Part shown: one piece after another, positions 25,801 through 40,800 of the stretch
Numbering within the stretch: the first letter of the stretch is position 1
Layout: each line of letters starts with the position of its first letter
Origin: an uncultured Eubacteriales bacterium
GTDB lineage: Bacteria; Bacillota; Clostridia; Christensenellales; UBA1242
Assembly: GCA_905203455.1 (NCBI GenBank)
Contig: CAJKVX010000001.1
Span: 1 to 43,026, forward strand
Reading direction: 5' to 3'
Length of the DNA: 43,026 bases
Notes under the pieces: model-generated
Seen by the model: only the letters and a program-made list of their open reading frames with translations
Databases searched by the model: none
Told to the model about the DNA's origin: nothing
Made by a program: the position numbers and the translations under genes

Positions 25801-28800
25801 TCATAAGCAATATCAACATCTTCCCTTGAAATAATTTTATATGAACTGTAAGTTGAAGTGTGAGCAAGTTGTTCGCCATCTGCAAAAAGGTTAATGCTGT
25901 TACGAGAAGCAGAGTTTATTATCATAAACCCTTTGAAGAACCAGTTTCCAATGTTTTGTCCGTTAACACTTGTTTGAACACTTATAACATTTCCTGCTTT
26001 TAGGTAAGACTGAATGTAACTTGTAAGTTCATAAGTGAAGTCAACATCACCATCTTCATAAACATAATTTTCAAGAGTTGTTCTGTCAGTGTTATTTGTT
26101 GCATCTTCGCTGTTTGCAAAATAACTTAAATTAACGCTAACATCATTTGCAAAACTTAGAAGAGAATTGTCAATTGCGTTGCCTTCTTGCTTTAAGTCAA
26201 AAAGTTTATCTAAAAATTCATCATAAAGAGTTTTATAGTGATTTAACACAAAGGTTGTTGTGTCATTTGAACTGGTTGTAAGAGCATCAATGTAACCAAC
26301 GCTTACGCTAACATTTGCAAGTTGCTCAATAATTGCACTTAAACCATTTTCACCAAACTCGCTTTCGCTTGAAGCAAAAATATCATTTGTTTGAGTGGTG
26401 TTGATGTAATAAGTGTTGTCAAACTCATCATCAGTGTTTGTTGTTTGTTCAAAATAGGTTAGGGCATCAAGAATTTGTTCAGGAATGCCTTGACTGATTA
26501 AATTATTATTTCTATCAATCAAGCCTAAGATTGTTGATGAATTTGTTTGGTAATAGAATGGAACATTTGAATCAGGTGTTGCAGGAACAATTGCAAAAGT
26601 GTGGCCATCATTTGTTACATTTGTGAAACTGCTTGAAAGATTGGTTGTTTTATCTGTTACGCCTAAAACTGCATTAATGTATTTAGTGTTGAAGGTGAAC
26701 ACAGGAATATAGTCTGCAAGGAAATAGATGTTATCTGTTGCAATGAAACTGTAATTTGAAATGCTGTCAAGGGTTGTTTCTGTGTCGCTTGAAGTTCGAT
26801 TAAACAAGGTTGTTAAGTTTGAATAAGCCCCTTGAGCAACAAATTGTTGCCACTCATCAATTGTTAAATCGCCAATAACATGGGTTGAATCAAGTGGAAA
26901 TTCTTTGCCAGCGATGTTAACATTTAAATAATCAGTGTTATCAATGGTTTTAATAATAGGAGAGGTAAGTGAGAATCCAATTGTGTTGAAGTTGTTATTG
27001 TCAGATGCGGTTATTGTTACAACATCACCTTCTTCAACCCAAATGTTAATAATTGCATCTCGGTAAACTGTGGTGTTTGTTTGAGCATCAATCTCAAATT
27101 TTGAACTGTTGTTAACAGTAACTGTTATAACTAATGAAGAAATATCTGTGGCTTCATTAATTGCGTAAGTATATTGAATGTTAATAAGTTTAACAGTGTT
27201 AAGGTTTAAAGTTTGGCTTTGATAAAAATCTTCAAGGAACACTGTTGCACTTGGTGGGTTAATACCGCCGTGATTGTAAGTGTAACCTTGTATGATTTTA
27301 TCATTTTGCTGAGTAAAGTTTTTAAACTTATAAACCTGCCCTTCATAAGTAAGGGTGTAAGGTTCACCAGAACCTTGTAATGAGGTTTGACTAAATGCTC
27401 TGTCAATAATATAGAAAGTGTCGCCAAGTTCACTTGATGCCACTGAGTATTTAAGGGTGTAAACTGTTCTGCCACCAACAATTGCTGTTCCAACCACAAG
27501 ATTTCTGCCAGAACTTAATGCAATTGTTTTGTTTGTGTTATTTGTGTCTTCAAGCACAGTTTGAAGTGAAACAATACTTCCTTCGGTGGCACCAACAAAG
27601 ATTTCACCACCCTCATAATCTGGGTTTAAAATCATGGTTCTTGTTTCTTCAACAAAAACTGCTTTAAGTTCAGTAATATCAGCATAGGTATTAGGGTTAA
27701 TGGTTGCATTTGAAGAAATAATGTTTCCATTTTGGTCTTGCCAGCCAGCAAAGGTGAAGTAACTGTTGCCAAACGCTTGAACAACAAGGTTATTGTTGTT
27801 ATAGAATTCAATAGTTACAGAGTTTAAAATATTATCAAGCACAGTTGTGGTCGTTGTTTGGTCTGAACTGCTTGTGTTTTCACTTAGCCTTGTAACATCA
27901 ATTCTGAACCCAGAAGAAGGGGTGTTAAACACAGAATTATAAGTGCCAAGAGTTATTCCGTTAGTTAAAGTGTTTAGTTGAGTGTAACGATTATCTGCTA
28001 ATAGTTTAAATGAAACTTCAACTTCTCTTAACTGAGCAAACATAGCAACAATGTCATAAATTGTGTTTTGCGTAATATCTAATCCAGATTGTGGAATAAC
28101 CTTATTGTTGTAATAATATCCCAAAAATTTAGCACCGTCAGTTTTATCACTTTCAATGTCATAAAGAGTCTTAATATCAGCAGGGGTTAAATAATCAGTG
28201 GTTTTAACATAGCCATTGGTTGTGCTATATTCAATTATGCTATCATCAGCATAAAGAAGGTAAGACTCATCAGTTATATCATCAATCAAATTAATGTTTG
28301 TAACCTTGTTGTAAACAAATGCAATTTTAACATCTTGCTCGCTTGTTATGTTTAATTTAAGGTTTTTAACATATGCTCTTCCTGCGGCATCTCTTTCGCT
28401 TAATTCATAACTTTCAATTTGGAAATTAACAGGGGCAGTTGGCAGAGTTGGCATTGATATTTGCCCAGCAGTGTTTGTGTAATCAATTCTGTATAAATAA
28501 TTGTCAATAACAATTCCTGAAATGCGGTAATCTTCATTAGCAGTAACATTAACTTGTTTTGTAACAGTTGTTGCACCTTCAGGGGTAACATCTTCAACTG
28601 TTGTGTTGCCAAGGTCTGTAATGTTTTCAACAGTATTATTTATTATAACATCAAAAGATTTTCTAAACACAGGGGTGATAGTAATTGCGCCATCAAGAAC
28701 TTTAAATGAGAAGTGCTTTAAAGTGATGATGAATGTTTTTGTTCTTGTGCCGTTATCCATAACTCTAATTACTTCATAATAGGCAAGATATGCGTTTTCA

Positions 28801-31800
28801 TTTGTGTTAGGGTTGCTTGTTACAAACAGGTTGTCAAATGTTAACTCATTTACATAAACTGGGTTGTTGCCATTTTGTGTGTAAAGAGTGTCGCCATTTT
28901 GGTTTGTTATAACAATTGAACCATAATTTGAATTGTTAACAGTTATTACGGTTGTTGGTAAACTGTTCTCTGTTATTGCTCCACCTTGACTATTAATAAA
29001 ATCAGGGTCAATGTTGCTTAGGGTTGTTGTAATCTTTTGTTCGTCATCATCAAGAACGGCAACTCTTTGTTCATCACCATTTTGGTAAAATTGAATTGTT
29101 ATGTTTTTCACAATTCTTTGCGTTGAAATTGCGGTTGAATTTGCGTTGCTTTCAAGGTTATATCCTGAAATTGCGCTTATGTTTGCAGTTGCGGTTCCGC
29201 TAAGCAACTTAATTGTTGTTGTTTTTCCGTCAACAGATGTGGTTACAGAGAATGTTCTTATTCCTGAAAGGGTGGTGGCGTTATTTAAATTAGCAATGTA
29301 TGAACCAACATGGCTATCTCCTGATAAAGTTAGTTCAATGAGATTAACCCTTGTAAACACTGCAAAGATATCATTATATGGATAATTTGCAGCATCAATT
29401 GTTAAATTGTTTGAAAGTGGAAGATAGTGATAACCATCGCCTATTAAATATTTAGCACCCGCAACCCAACCAACAAACATATATCCTTGTTCCAAAGCAT
29501 AATCAATGTTTATTGAAAGGGAAGCAATTTGTTGGTTTGAACTGTTTGGTTCATAGGTTACTGAAATGAAGTTATAAGTTTCAAGTTCTTGGGTGTAAGT
29601 TGAGCCATCAGCAATAAGCCCGTTTGAAGAGGTTGATACAACCGCATGTGGAACAAGGTAATTACTGAAACTATCAACAGCCCCGCCACAAAGAGCATAA
29701 TAGGTTTTATTTTCAAGTGGCAAAATTCTAAGAGAATGGTCTGTGCTGTAATAAGCCACAAGTCTGTTAGAACCATCAGGGTTTGGCAATGCCCAAGCCG
29801 TGAAACCTGTAGGAGCCGTAATTGTTGCATCAACACCGTAAGGAAGTGTGTAAGGTTGAGTTGAAAGAAGTTCTCCTGCTTGGTTATAAGCTTCAACAGT
29901 AATTGTTACTGTTCTTGTGTATCTTGCTTCAATGAAAATTTGGTCGCCAGTTGCAAGCCTAATTAAATCAGCATTTGAAATTGTTAAGGTTTGGTCAGTG
30001 CCTAACTGGTTTCCAAAGGCATCAAAATAGCCAACAAAACTGTAACCGTCACATGAGGAGGTGATTGTGCTTGTTTGTGTTAAATTTTCGCCTGTTGCAA
30101 AGAAGTTGCTTATTGTTGTTGGGTTTTCTGCGCCAAAACTAACATTGGCAGAAGATTGTCCCATTATTGTGCCAATGGTGTTGATTGTGTATTGTTTTGA
30201 ATAGCAGGCTTCAATTACATAACTTGTAATTTGAGCTTCATTTGAGTTGTCAAGATAGTAATAGACAACATCATTAGTGTTAATTGTGCCATCTTCATTT
30301 CTTATAAACTCACTGCTTATGGTATTGCCATTTGCATCAACACAGTTAACCCTGAATCCAATAAATTCATAGCCAGCGTAACTGCTTGCGGTTAGAGCAA
30401 GAGAGGTGTATTTATATGCCATTGAAGACCCAGTGGCTGAATTTCCAGAAGTGTTACTTAAAACAAGGTTGGTAACACTGACATTGTTTTGAGTTAGTGT
30501 GTTGTAATAAGCAGTTACTGTGAAATTAGATAAATTGCTATCATTACTATTACCATCAATATTTCTTGAAAGAGTGATTGATGCAAGTTCAGCAAACCTT
30601 GCCTCAATTAAGGTGTTTTTCTTATCGTTATCAAGGTTAGCATTTTCTGGCAAGTTTTGTGATGGGTTAACTATTGTAAGAATTGTTCTATCTTCAATAT
30701 AATTATCTTTGCCATTAATTTCTTGATAGTAAGACAATGGTTTGCCATCAATAAACCAGCCAATAAATCTGTAATTATTATAATTAGGGTCTTCTGAGTC
30801 AATTAAATAAGACAAAACAAGGTTATTTGTGTTGTCAGATTTAAAGCCTAATTCAACGTATTCATCTTCACCTGTAAGAGTTTTGCCCGTTAAAGTTGCA
30901 GGCGTGTTGCCGTATTTAACATTAAGCGAAATGGTGTCACCTGTGTAAGGGTCATCATTAAGTCTTCGTGTTACTGTTACAAGGTTGCCTTCAACAAAGT
31001 TTGCCCTTAATGTTGTTTGGGTGGTGTTAAGTGAGTTTGTGTTTAATGTGTAAATGTTTTCATAAGTAACAATGTTTCCGTTTTGCCAGAAACCTTCAAA
31101 GAAATATCTTTCTTGGTTGTCTTCACTTACAATTGCTTCAACAACAACATCTGTGCCAAGAAGGGCATTGATTGTTATGCTTGTGCTGCTTCCAAGATTT
31201 GTTGAAACCTCGTTGCCGTAACCATTTGTGTAGTTAACAATAACATCAATATTTTGAACATCTTCACCTTGAGGCTCATTACCCTCAAGAGTTTTTTCTA
31301 TTGTTATTTGTTTTGTGAAGGCAAAAACCGCAACAATTGTTACTGAATTGTTATTAATGTAAGGGTTATCGGCATTAATGGTGAAAATGAAATTGTAATT
31401 TGTTGAAAGCAGTTTAGGGGTTTGTGTTTCATTTTCAATCATGTAATACCAACCAAGGAAGGTTCTTCCAAGGTTTTCTCCACTAAAACCAATTTCAAGT
31501 TGCTCGCCAGCCTTTACGGTTATTTGATTGCCAGTTATGTCAGTTGTTCCATTGAAAGTGCTTCCATCTTCAAAGGTTACAGTTATGCCTTGCTGAATTT
31601 GGTTAAGGGCTGAACTGTTTGAATAATATGAGGTTGAAGCCTTAATGTTAAGGTAAATGTTTTTAACAATTCTAAGTTCAACAACTGTGTTTTCGGTAAG
31701 TTCAAATTCAACAGTATCAGTTGAACTTACAAGTTCATTGTTAATGTACCAGCCAATAATTGAATATGGTTGGTCATTTGGGTTAAATTCAAGCCTTATT

Positions 31801-34800
31801 CTTGAGCCTTGTGCAAAAACTTGGAAGTTATCTCTTGCAACCCATGCGTCATCTTCCAATTTCCAAATGTTATAAAGGGTGTAGCCAGTGAATTTTGAAC
31901 CTTGGGTTGTTTGGTAAAAGTCATTGAACAAAATTTGGTCAATGGTTAGCGTGAACCCTTCTCTTATGTTGATTTTAACAATTGAATCAACCATAAACTC
32001 AATTTCAAAGTAAGGGTAGGTATCAACCCCATAATAGATAGGGGCGGTTATAAATTCAGGCGCATTTGGGTCAACCCCAAAGTTAGGGTTTGTGTGTGAA
32101 ACTGATTCAAGAACATAGCCATAATCAGGGTAAACTTTAAAGTGAACAGGGTAGCCTGCAAGAGCATAATAATAATCGCCTTCTGGGTAAAAGCCAAACA
32201 CTTGACTTTCAACTTGCATTGAATTGTCAAGATAAGCCTGAGACTCAATTTCAAGATATTCCATGTTAATTTGGGTGCCATCATCACCGTTCACTAATGT
32301 TACTTGCGCAATTTTAACAAACCTTGCCTCAATTGTTCCGCCTTCGTTAGTGTCAAGGCTTAGGTCAGTTGAAACAATAACTCCGTTAACAACCCAGCCA
32401 ACAAATGCATAAACATCAGCCTGTGTTAAAGTTCCGTTAGGGTAGGTTATGGTGTTATCAATAACCAAAAGTTGTTCGCTGATTGTTAGAACAAAGTTTG
32501 TGTTTGTTCCGTATCTGCCTGTGTGATATTTAGTTGAAATGGTGCCATTTGCATTTGTGTTATCAGCAGCCTCTGATGTGTCAATGTTTAAATCACCATC
32601 TTGTGAAGCATATTTTATGCCTGTGAAGGTAAACTCAATTAAATCATCAAAGGCATTGTCTGTGCCTGAAATTGTTCCGTCTTGGTTAGTGTTGCCTGAA
32701 ACGCCAAGGTCAGCAAGGCTTTGTGGGGCGCTATTTACATTATCTTGAAGAGTGATTGAAATTGTTTGTTTGTTTTCGTCTTCAATGATTGCCCTTAAGT
32801 GATAAACCAAGTTATCTTTTGAAAGTTTAAATTCATCATTATATTGTGCATTTTGTGCGTTAACATCAGGGTCAAGAGTGTTGGTTGGCTTTTCAAAAGT
32901 AATGTTTTGAGTTGTTGGGAAGGTAACATTTTCATTAAGGTCACTTCCTGTGTCAGCCCCACTGATTGAACTTGGAGTTTGAGCATTAATATACCAATGG
33001 TCAATAGCATCATCTTTGGTTTCATTATTTGTAATTGAAGTTATGATGTTAAGAGTGTTTTCATCAGTAAATGTGTTATCTAAATAAGCATAGAAAATTA
33101 AATTGTTGTTAGCAATTTCAAGATAGATATAAGTGTTTGAACTTGTTTTTGCAAAGTTTGAAAGAACATCTTGATATTCAGTTGAATTTAAAATAATGTC
33201 AGTTAGTTCTGCAACTGAATAATTATTTGCATAATATTCACAACTTAAATAACCACTTAAAAAGCAGTTGAAAATCCACTCATCTAAAAATCCTTCATTC
33301 ATTGCATATGCAGGCAATGTTTCATTTCTGTTGAAGTTTTTGGTAAGAAGGTTGGTTATGTCAAGCGAAACAGTGAAGTCATCATCTGCCGAAGGGGTGT
33401 CTTGACCAAAACTTAATGTGTTTTTGAAAATTCTTGTGTCAAAGAAAATTCCGTCTGCGCTATCATTCACTTGGTCAGGCGTTAAAATGGTGGTTGAGTC
33501 TGCACCGGTTAAGTAATACAAAATAAAGTCATAATTTTTTGCAGTGGTTAAACCTGTGTCAGCATCAAAGGTGTAGTAATTTTCGATTTGAGAATAAAGC
33601 ATAGTTACCCTTTGAGTTTTAAAGGTTATATGCTTAGAAGATTGCTCTACATTTTCGGTGTTAAACAATCTGTTAATTACGGCAGTTGTGTAAACAATTC
33701 CTGCAAGGTTAACGCTATCATAAGTGCTAACTGAATTTTCACTAGGTTCTGCAATGTTTGTGTCAAGCAGGCTGTTTGTGTTTGAAAAACTTAAAACCGT
33801 GTTTCCTGCATCATCAAATTCGTCAATTTGAGTTGAACTTTGTTGGCCTAACTCATCGGTTAAAACTTCATAAACACCGTCAAGCCTGTATCCACCTGAT
33901 GGGCTAATAGTAAGAGTAGGGGTGGCATCAATATAGAAATTTCCTTTAACCCTTATTTCATAAGTGTTTGTTGAAACATAATTGTCTTGAATAACGGCAT
34001 AAGCCTCTTGTTTGTCTGTAATGTTTTCACCTATTATAACACCATTTTGATAAACGGTGTAGGTTAAAGGGTTGCCAAGACTGTCAGTGCTGGTGCTTGA
34101 AGTTACACTCATTTCAATTGGATTAAATGAATATTCAAGTTCAACAACTCTTTTAAAAAGGGCAGTTATAACTGTGTCTGCATTTGAAAGTGCAACATAA
34201 GGATACTTGTAAGTTGTGCTTACAAGTTCAAGGCTTGACCATTCAACATATTGGTAATTGGTGCTTTCAACCAAAACACCATCTTGCCTGTAAAGTTCAA
34301 GAGTTTCAGGGTCAATAAAGTAAAGCCAGTTTGTCATAACATCTTGCCTTGAAGGGGCAGGAACAGGGTCCCCAGCATGGTAAGCCCCAACTGCGCTGTC
34401 TTTTGCATAAACAACAATGGTGTTGCCTGCATTATCTGTGCCAAAGGCATAATTAGTGTTTTCATTAACAACATTTAATTTGTTGCCTTCAAGGTCAAAG
34501 AAACGGTTATAAATGCTTGTTATTCTTTTTTGTTGATACCAACCCATGAATTGGTAGCCCACATTAGTGCTTTGTTCTGCTAAGCCTTCAATAAGAAGCA
34601 ATGTGTTTTCAGCAAGAAGGAAATCTTTGTAAACATAACTAGGAAGGTTTTTGTCTTTTTGGTAATCAGGGTCTGTGTCAACATAGTGATTAGTAAATTG
34701 AATGCCAGTTGGGGTGTCTGTAAGAGCCCCGTTATAATAAATTCCTGCAAAATTTTCTTCTGGGCTGATTGACCCCATGTAAGTTCGGTTGTTTGTTCCA

Positions 34801-37800
34801 ACAGAAGTGTAAAACTCAAAATATCCAGTTCCAGAATTTCCAAGTTCATGAGCGTTTTCTTCACTGAAAATTGCGTTGCCGTTTGCATCATAACCATCAA
34901 TGGTTAATGATTGAATTGAGAATGAATACATTTTAATGGCAGTAAGGTTAATAATGTTAACTGAACCATCACCAACAGGGGCATGAGTGTATTTATTTAC
35001 ATAAGCATAAGTGTCGTAATATTCTTGGTCTTTATCACTGTTAGGGTCAATGGTGTCAGGCGCTTTATTTTCAACAAGTAAATATTGAAGGGTTGCAAAC
35101 AATCTGTCAATGTAATAAATTTCATTCACAGTTCCACCATTAAGAGTTGTTATAGCAAGGGCAGTAAAAGTGCCATCTTCTTCAACTTGAATTAGCCCTT
35201 CAAGTTCAAGAGCGGTGATATTTTCTTGAAGGTTTGCCTTTTGAGTTTCATTTAATGTGTTGCCATTTAGGGCATTGTAAAGTTTATTTAAATATTCTTG
35301 GCTTAACTTAACATTTCCTATATTTAAATTCTGCTCTGTGTTATGCAAAACATCACTATTAATATAATTAAGAAACTCAACAAATCTGTAACCACTGAAA
35401 CTGTTATAACCAGTTATGTTGTTATAAATTTCTCTGTAAGTTTCAGAGTTGAAATCAATAATGTTTGCAAGAAGAGGGTTCATTACATTAGTCATAAATG
35501 CTTCACGATTAATAAACCCAAAATTGAATTTATTGTTAGTTTTTGTAAATGTGAAATAATCTGCAAAGTTGAAATAAACAGAGTTTGTTACAGGTTGAGC
35601 AGTTTGTGAATTTAAACCTTCATAGGTTAATTCAACATCAAAATAATTTGAATAGGTGTTTAAATAGTTTCCTGTTAAAATGTCAAGACTTATGCTTATT
35701 TCACGGGTTGGGTGAACAATTAAATCAGCATATTCATTTTCAGGGTCACGGTTAAAGGTAACTTCAAAAACATAGTAAAGATAATCTGCTCTAACATCAA
35801 GCACATCTTGTGTGTTTTCAGTTAAACTTGGTTTAGTTGAGTTTGAAATTATGTATTCATCACTTGGGTAAATTATTGGTTGCAAGTTATATTCACTTGG
35901 AAGCCCCAATGTGTGAAGTTCAAGAGGAGAAGATGAAAGAGTTCTTACCACAATTATTGCGGTGGTGTTGTCATCAAAATAAAGATTTTGCAGAGCAAAT
36001 GATTCACCTTCACCAGATGGCATTGCCTGTTTTCCAACAGTTCCGTTATCTGCATTTAAGCCATTTGCATACAAAAAGTATTCCCATGCATTAATCTCAG
36101 AGTAATTATTTTTGTAATTATTTTTTGAAAGGGCAACATAGCCGTTATAAATTCCATTTTCGTCAACTGTGTTAATTAAAGAATTAGAAACAATGGTTGA
36201 AGCGAAATTGTTGTCATCTTCAACATCAAAAAGTTTAAACAGGTTAGGGTCAACATTTTGTGCAGATTTATCAAAGCCATATTCAATTGTGTTATCGTCA
36301 ATGGTAATAATTTGCCCATCAGCCCCAATTCTGTTGGCAAGGTTATTGTTTTGTTCGTTATAGTAATAAACTGCTTCAATTGAAACGCCGAATTCTTCTT
36401 CGCTGTCAGTTAAAATCATTGCTTGGTAAACTTCTCTAAACACTGCAACAAATTCAATGTTTGAATGAAGTGAAGAAATGATTAAGTTGTTGCCTTCAAC
36501 CTTAATGTTTCCAGTGCTGAACGAGGTGTAATAAAAGTCCCCAAATTTATAAACTTGAAGTCCGTTTAAGTAATAGAATGTGTCGCCAGAATTTTCATCA
36601 GTAATGCTAGTTATTGCATCAATATGAGGCATTTCTTTAACAATTAAAGTAGGGTTGCCATATTGGTCATATTCATAAATATATTTATCTTCAACCGCAA
36701 TGGTGTAAGTTGAATCATAAAAATATTTATCTTTTGCAGGAGAATAGAATACTTCAACATAGTTTGGTGAAACTTCTGTTTGAGTGTTAATGTAATACCC
36801 TCTAACTTTATATAAAAGTTTTTCAGGAACAGGTTCAGAGTAAACAAATGTGCCATCTTCATTTTCTGTTCTTGTGTAATAATAGTTACCGTTATAGAAA
36901 TATGCAGGGGTTATTTTGTCACTTTCGCTATAAAATCTTTGTTCTTCACCATAAAGGTCATAAAGAGACTGACCGTCAACTGTGTACCAGCCAAGAAGCC
37001 TGTAACCTTCATCTGGAATTGCTGAAAGCATAACTTCACTTTCACGGTCAATATAACTGTTTTTAAAAGATAGGGTGGTGTTTAATTTCCCATCTTCATC
37101 ATAAGCCATTTCCCCAGCAACAAGGTCGTTAGTTGAGTTATGGTAATAGTCGCCATATTCGCTTGAAATAATGCCTTCCAAAATTTCAACAATGGTGATT
37201 TCTGAAACTGTTAATTCTGCAATAGGGCTGGCTTCTTCAAAATTAATAATGCCGTTTTCTATATTAAATATTGCGTAAGGGTCTTCAACATTATAAAGTT
37301 TATCTTCAAAGTTGAATAAGCTTATAACTTCTTCTTGGTTTGAACCTGAAATTGTTGGTTGAGCAAAAATGCAAGAATACATAAATCCAACGCCAGCAGT
37401 TATTTCTTTGTTTGAAGAAGTGTCAGTTGTTAAATTAGGGTCATCATAAATAAGGTAATACCTTAAATTTTCATAAGTCAGTGCGAACAATTTATTTGCA
37501 ACATTTCCACTTGCGGCATCTTCACTTGTGCCAATGGTAACGCCAGAATATCTAAACCTGCCTTCATCTTCGTCATAAAATTCAGCCCAATAAGGCCCAA
37601 AGGGGGTGTTTTCAAATTGTGGAAGATAGAACACCTGAGTGAGAGAGGTATTAATATTACCATCTTCATCAAAATAAACATATGGGGTGGCGGTGATGTT
37701 TTTGTAGTAATAACCAAGTTTGCCGCCAACCTCAGTTTGAAGATATTCAATTGTGTAAATCTCTTGAAGAGTGGTGCCATCAAGGTTAACAGAAGCACCA

Positions 37801-40800
37801 TCTTTATAATAAACAACAATTGAACCACCTTGGTTTTGTGGACCATTTTCAACTTCAGTTGCAACTGAAACCTCAAAAACTCTTTGGTAAACAGGAAGAA
37901 TAACATAGTGCCCAACATTTTCAGGGTTAAACACCATGGTTGCAGAAAACCTTTCGTTGCCTAAACTTTCGGTTACTGCTTGGTCGTAATAAAGCACGCC
38001 TGAGTTGTATCTTGAATAAACTCTCCATTCAAGAAAACGATAGTAAACTTCATCGGTAAAGTTTATCATTGGGTCTGCAATTAAAACTAAGCATTCTCTG
38101 CCTTTTAAGAAATAAGTTTCATTTGTGTCGTATGAATCAATAACAGGAATTGATGTTTGAGGGGTGTAACCAACATAGTCAGCCCCAGTGCCATAAATCA
38201 TGCTGTTAATGTATGAAACGCTGGTTCTGTAAGCCGAAGTTGTGCCTGCAATTATAACTTGGTCAAAATCATAATCATCAGCAATGTTATGAACATCACC
38301 CAAAACAAGGCCTTCAAGTTCAGAGCAAACATCATTAATGTCAAGTTCACCTGAGTTGAAAATTATTGTTCCAGTTAGCCTATCTTCGCTGTAACCATGA
38401 ATGTCAAAATAACCAACATCTTTAATGTATTTCTTGCTTGTTCTCCAAGCGTAGCACTCACTTTCAGTAAGTGGGCGATAGTAATAACCACCAATTGCAA
38501 TTGAGTTAAGTTCAACCGTTGTTCTAACATAAACAGGGTTTGTGTAAACTCCGTTTGCGTCAAATGCGTCAGTCCAATAAATAATGCCGTCATCTGCAAC
38601 AAAAATTTCATTGACTCTTAAAGTTAAGCCATCTTCATAATCTGGGTCAACAACATAGTCACCATTTGAGGTGAGATTTAATTTGAAAGCGTTAATGTGG
38701 CTAAGAGTTGTGCGGTCAAGAACATAATATATATTATTAATATAATCTTGTGAATCAATATTATCTAATGTGTCTTTAAATGAATAGGTTGAAAAATCAA
38801 GCACAAGGTTAGATGAACTGTTTTCAAGTTTGTCTGCCATAACCTCTGCAAAGAACACGCTTTTAATGTCAACTGCAATGTTAACTTGGGCATATTCGTT
38901 TGCCTTGTGCCTGACTGACAAAATTAGAACAGGGTTAGGGTAAGGTGGACCAGAAAGCAGGCTTGAACCAATAAACCCATCTTTTTTAGCAGAATCTGTG
39001 CTGTAATCAATGTCAAAATAGAAACTGTTAATTGGGTCAAAGATGTAAGCGTTGTCATATTCAAGCGCACAAGAGAATGATGGATAAATTATAGGTTCAT
39101 TAGGGTCGCTTGTTGGAACAAATTTTCCCCAAACCATAATCTGAGTTTTTTGGTTGGTTGTTGGGTCATGAACAAAGGCTTCTCTTTCAATAACATAAAC
39201 ATAACCTTCATTAGGTTCATAAGTTAAATCATGCCTTGTATTGCTTGAGTCAATGTAATAGTAACTATAAGTGTTTTCTTGGCTATCAGAAGAAATGATT
39301 GCTGCGTTTTCATTGTTATCAACCAAACTTGCGGCAACAAATGCATCTGTGCCATTTTCATCTCCAATTTTAATTGATGGGAAAATGAAATATTGTGAAA
39401 AGTCAGTTATTACTTGATTGTCAATTATCCAATTTGTGCCATCATAGGTTGCAACATAAGTGGTTAACTCATTATCAAGTTTAACTGCCTGGTAACTTAC
39501 GGTGAAAATGAAACTAAACCCTGAGTCGATAAATGAATAAGTTCCGCTGTTTCTAAAATTGGTTCCCTCTTGTGGTTCTATTTCATCTTTAGAATCTGAA
39601 AACTGAACAATAGAGCCATTCCTATCATAAAGAATGCCACCATTATCAAAATTGAAACTGAAGTTAAGCGTGTTGGTTACATCAGTTAACTCTCCGTCAA
39701 TTCTTCTTTGGGCAACAAATTCAAAAGTTGTTGGGTTGAAAGTAATTCTGTAATTAATTCCGTCAATTGTTATGCTTTTAAATAATTCAACAGATGTTAC
39801 TTCTTCCTGAATATCATATTCAAGGTTATACTCACTTCCAGGTGTTCCATTAGGGTCGTCTTCAGTGAAATAGAACCAACCGCCACTTTGTCCCATGGCG
39901 ATGTCGTTATATTGCCTTACATGCACTTCGCAAGGGGTTACTGGTTCAACATAATAGTAATAATTATTTACAATTTTTTGACCAAGAAGATTATAGAATG
40001 TTTGGTAGCGAGATTGGTTTTGCAAAATATCTCTGCCAAGAACAATTCCACTGTAATTTGTGTTAGTGAAATTATAGAACCATTGAGTTGAATCATCTGC
40101 AAGTTGTCTTCCAATTGGGCTTGTGTAATAATGGGTGGTGGTTCCACTTTGTGTTCTGCTTTTAATATCATAATAAAAGTAAACATCTTGTGTTTTTTCA
40201 CCTTCGCCGTCATTATAAGTGTAAGTTAGATTTGATTTATAAGCAGTTGCAATTGAAGAGATGTCGCCATTTGTTACATAGTCATAATAACAAGGGGTAA
40301 CAGTTAAAGAGTCAAGAGTTCTTTCAAAATAATAAACTGTTGTTGAATATTGAAGACTTGAAGAATTGTTGTTAAGCAAAATTCCGCTAGTGTAATTGGT
40401 GAGGTAAGTTGCAAGAAAATCTGTTGCTTGTTCAAGCGTTGTAATTATTGTTGGTGGGTTTGCAACTAAACCTTGGTTTGAATTTGTTGCAGAAAAATCT
40501 TCAAGCACCCTGTGTTGTCTTAAACGATAAGTTGTTGAGTTACCTTGGGTTGAAACAACAATGCTTTCAAAGGTTGCAACAGAGCCGTCTTGATTGTAAG
40601 AATAGTTGCCGTAATAATAACTGTTATATGTTAAAACTCCATTTTCATAAGTTGAATCTCTAAAATTATACACATAAAGTTGACCATTATAAAGCAGATA
40701 ATTTCCTGTTCCATCAGCAGTAACAGTGCCAGCAAGAGATTGTTGTGTTGTTTTGTAATATGTATTGGTTGTTGCGTTAAAGTAAATATAGTTTGCTGGG

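Noticed and set aside
23243-40663. About 25 short ORFs (60-146 aa, both strands) nested in the giant gene
   Set aside because: All are out of frame or antisense within a 6,734-codon open frame. None exceeds 146 aa or shows motifs. I saw no sign of a nested functional gene.
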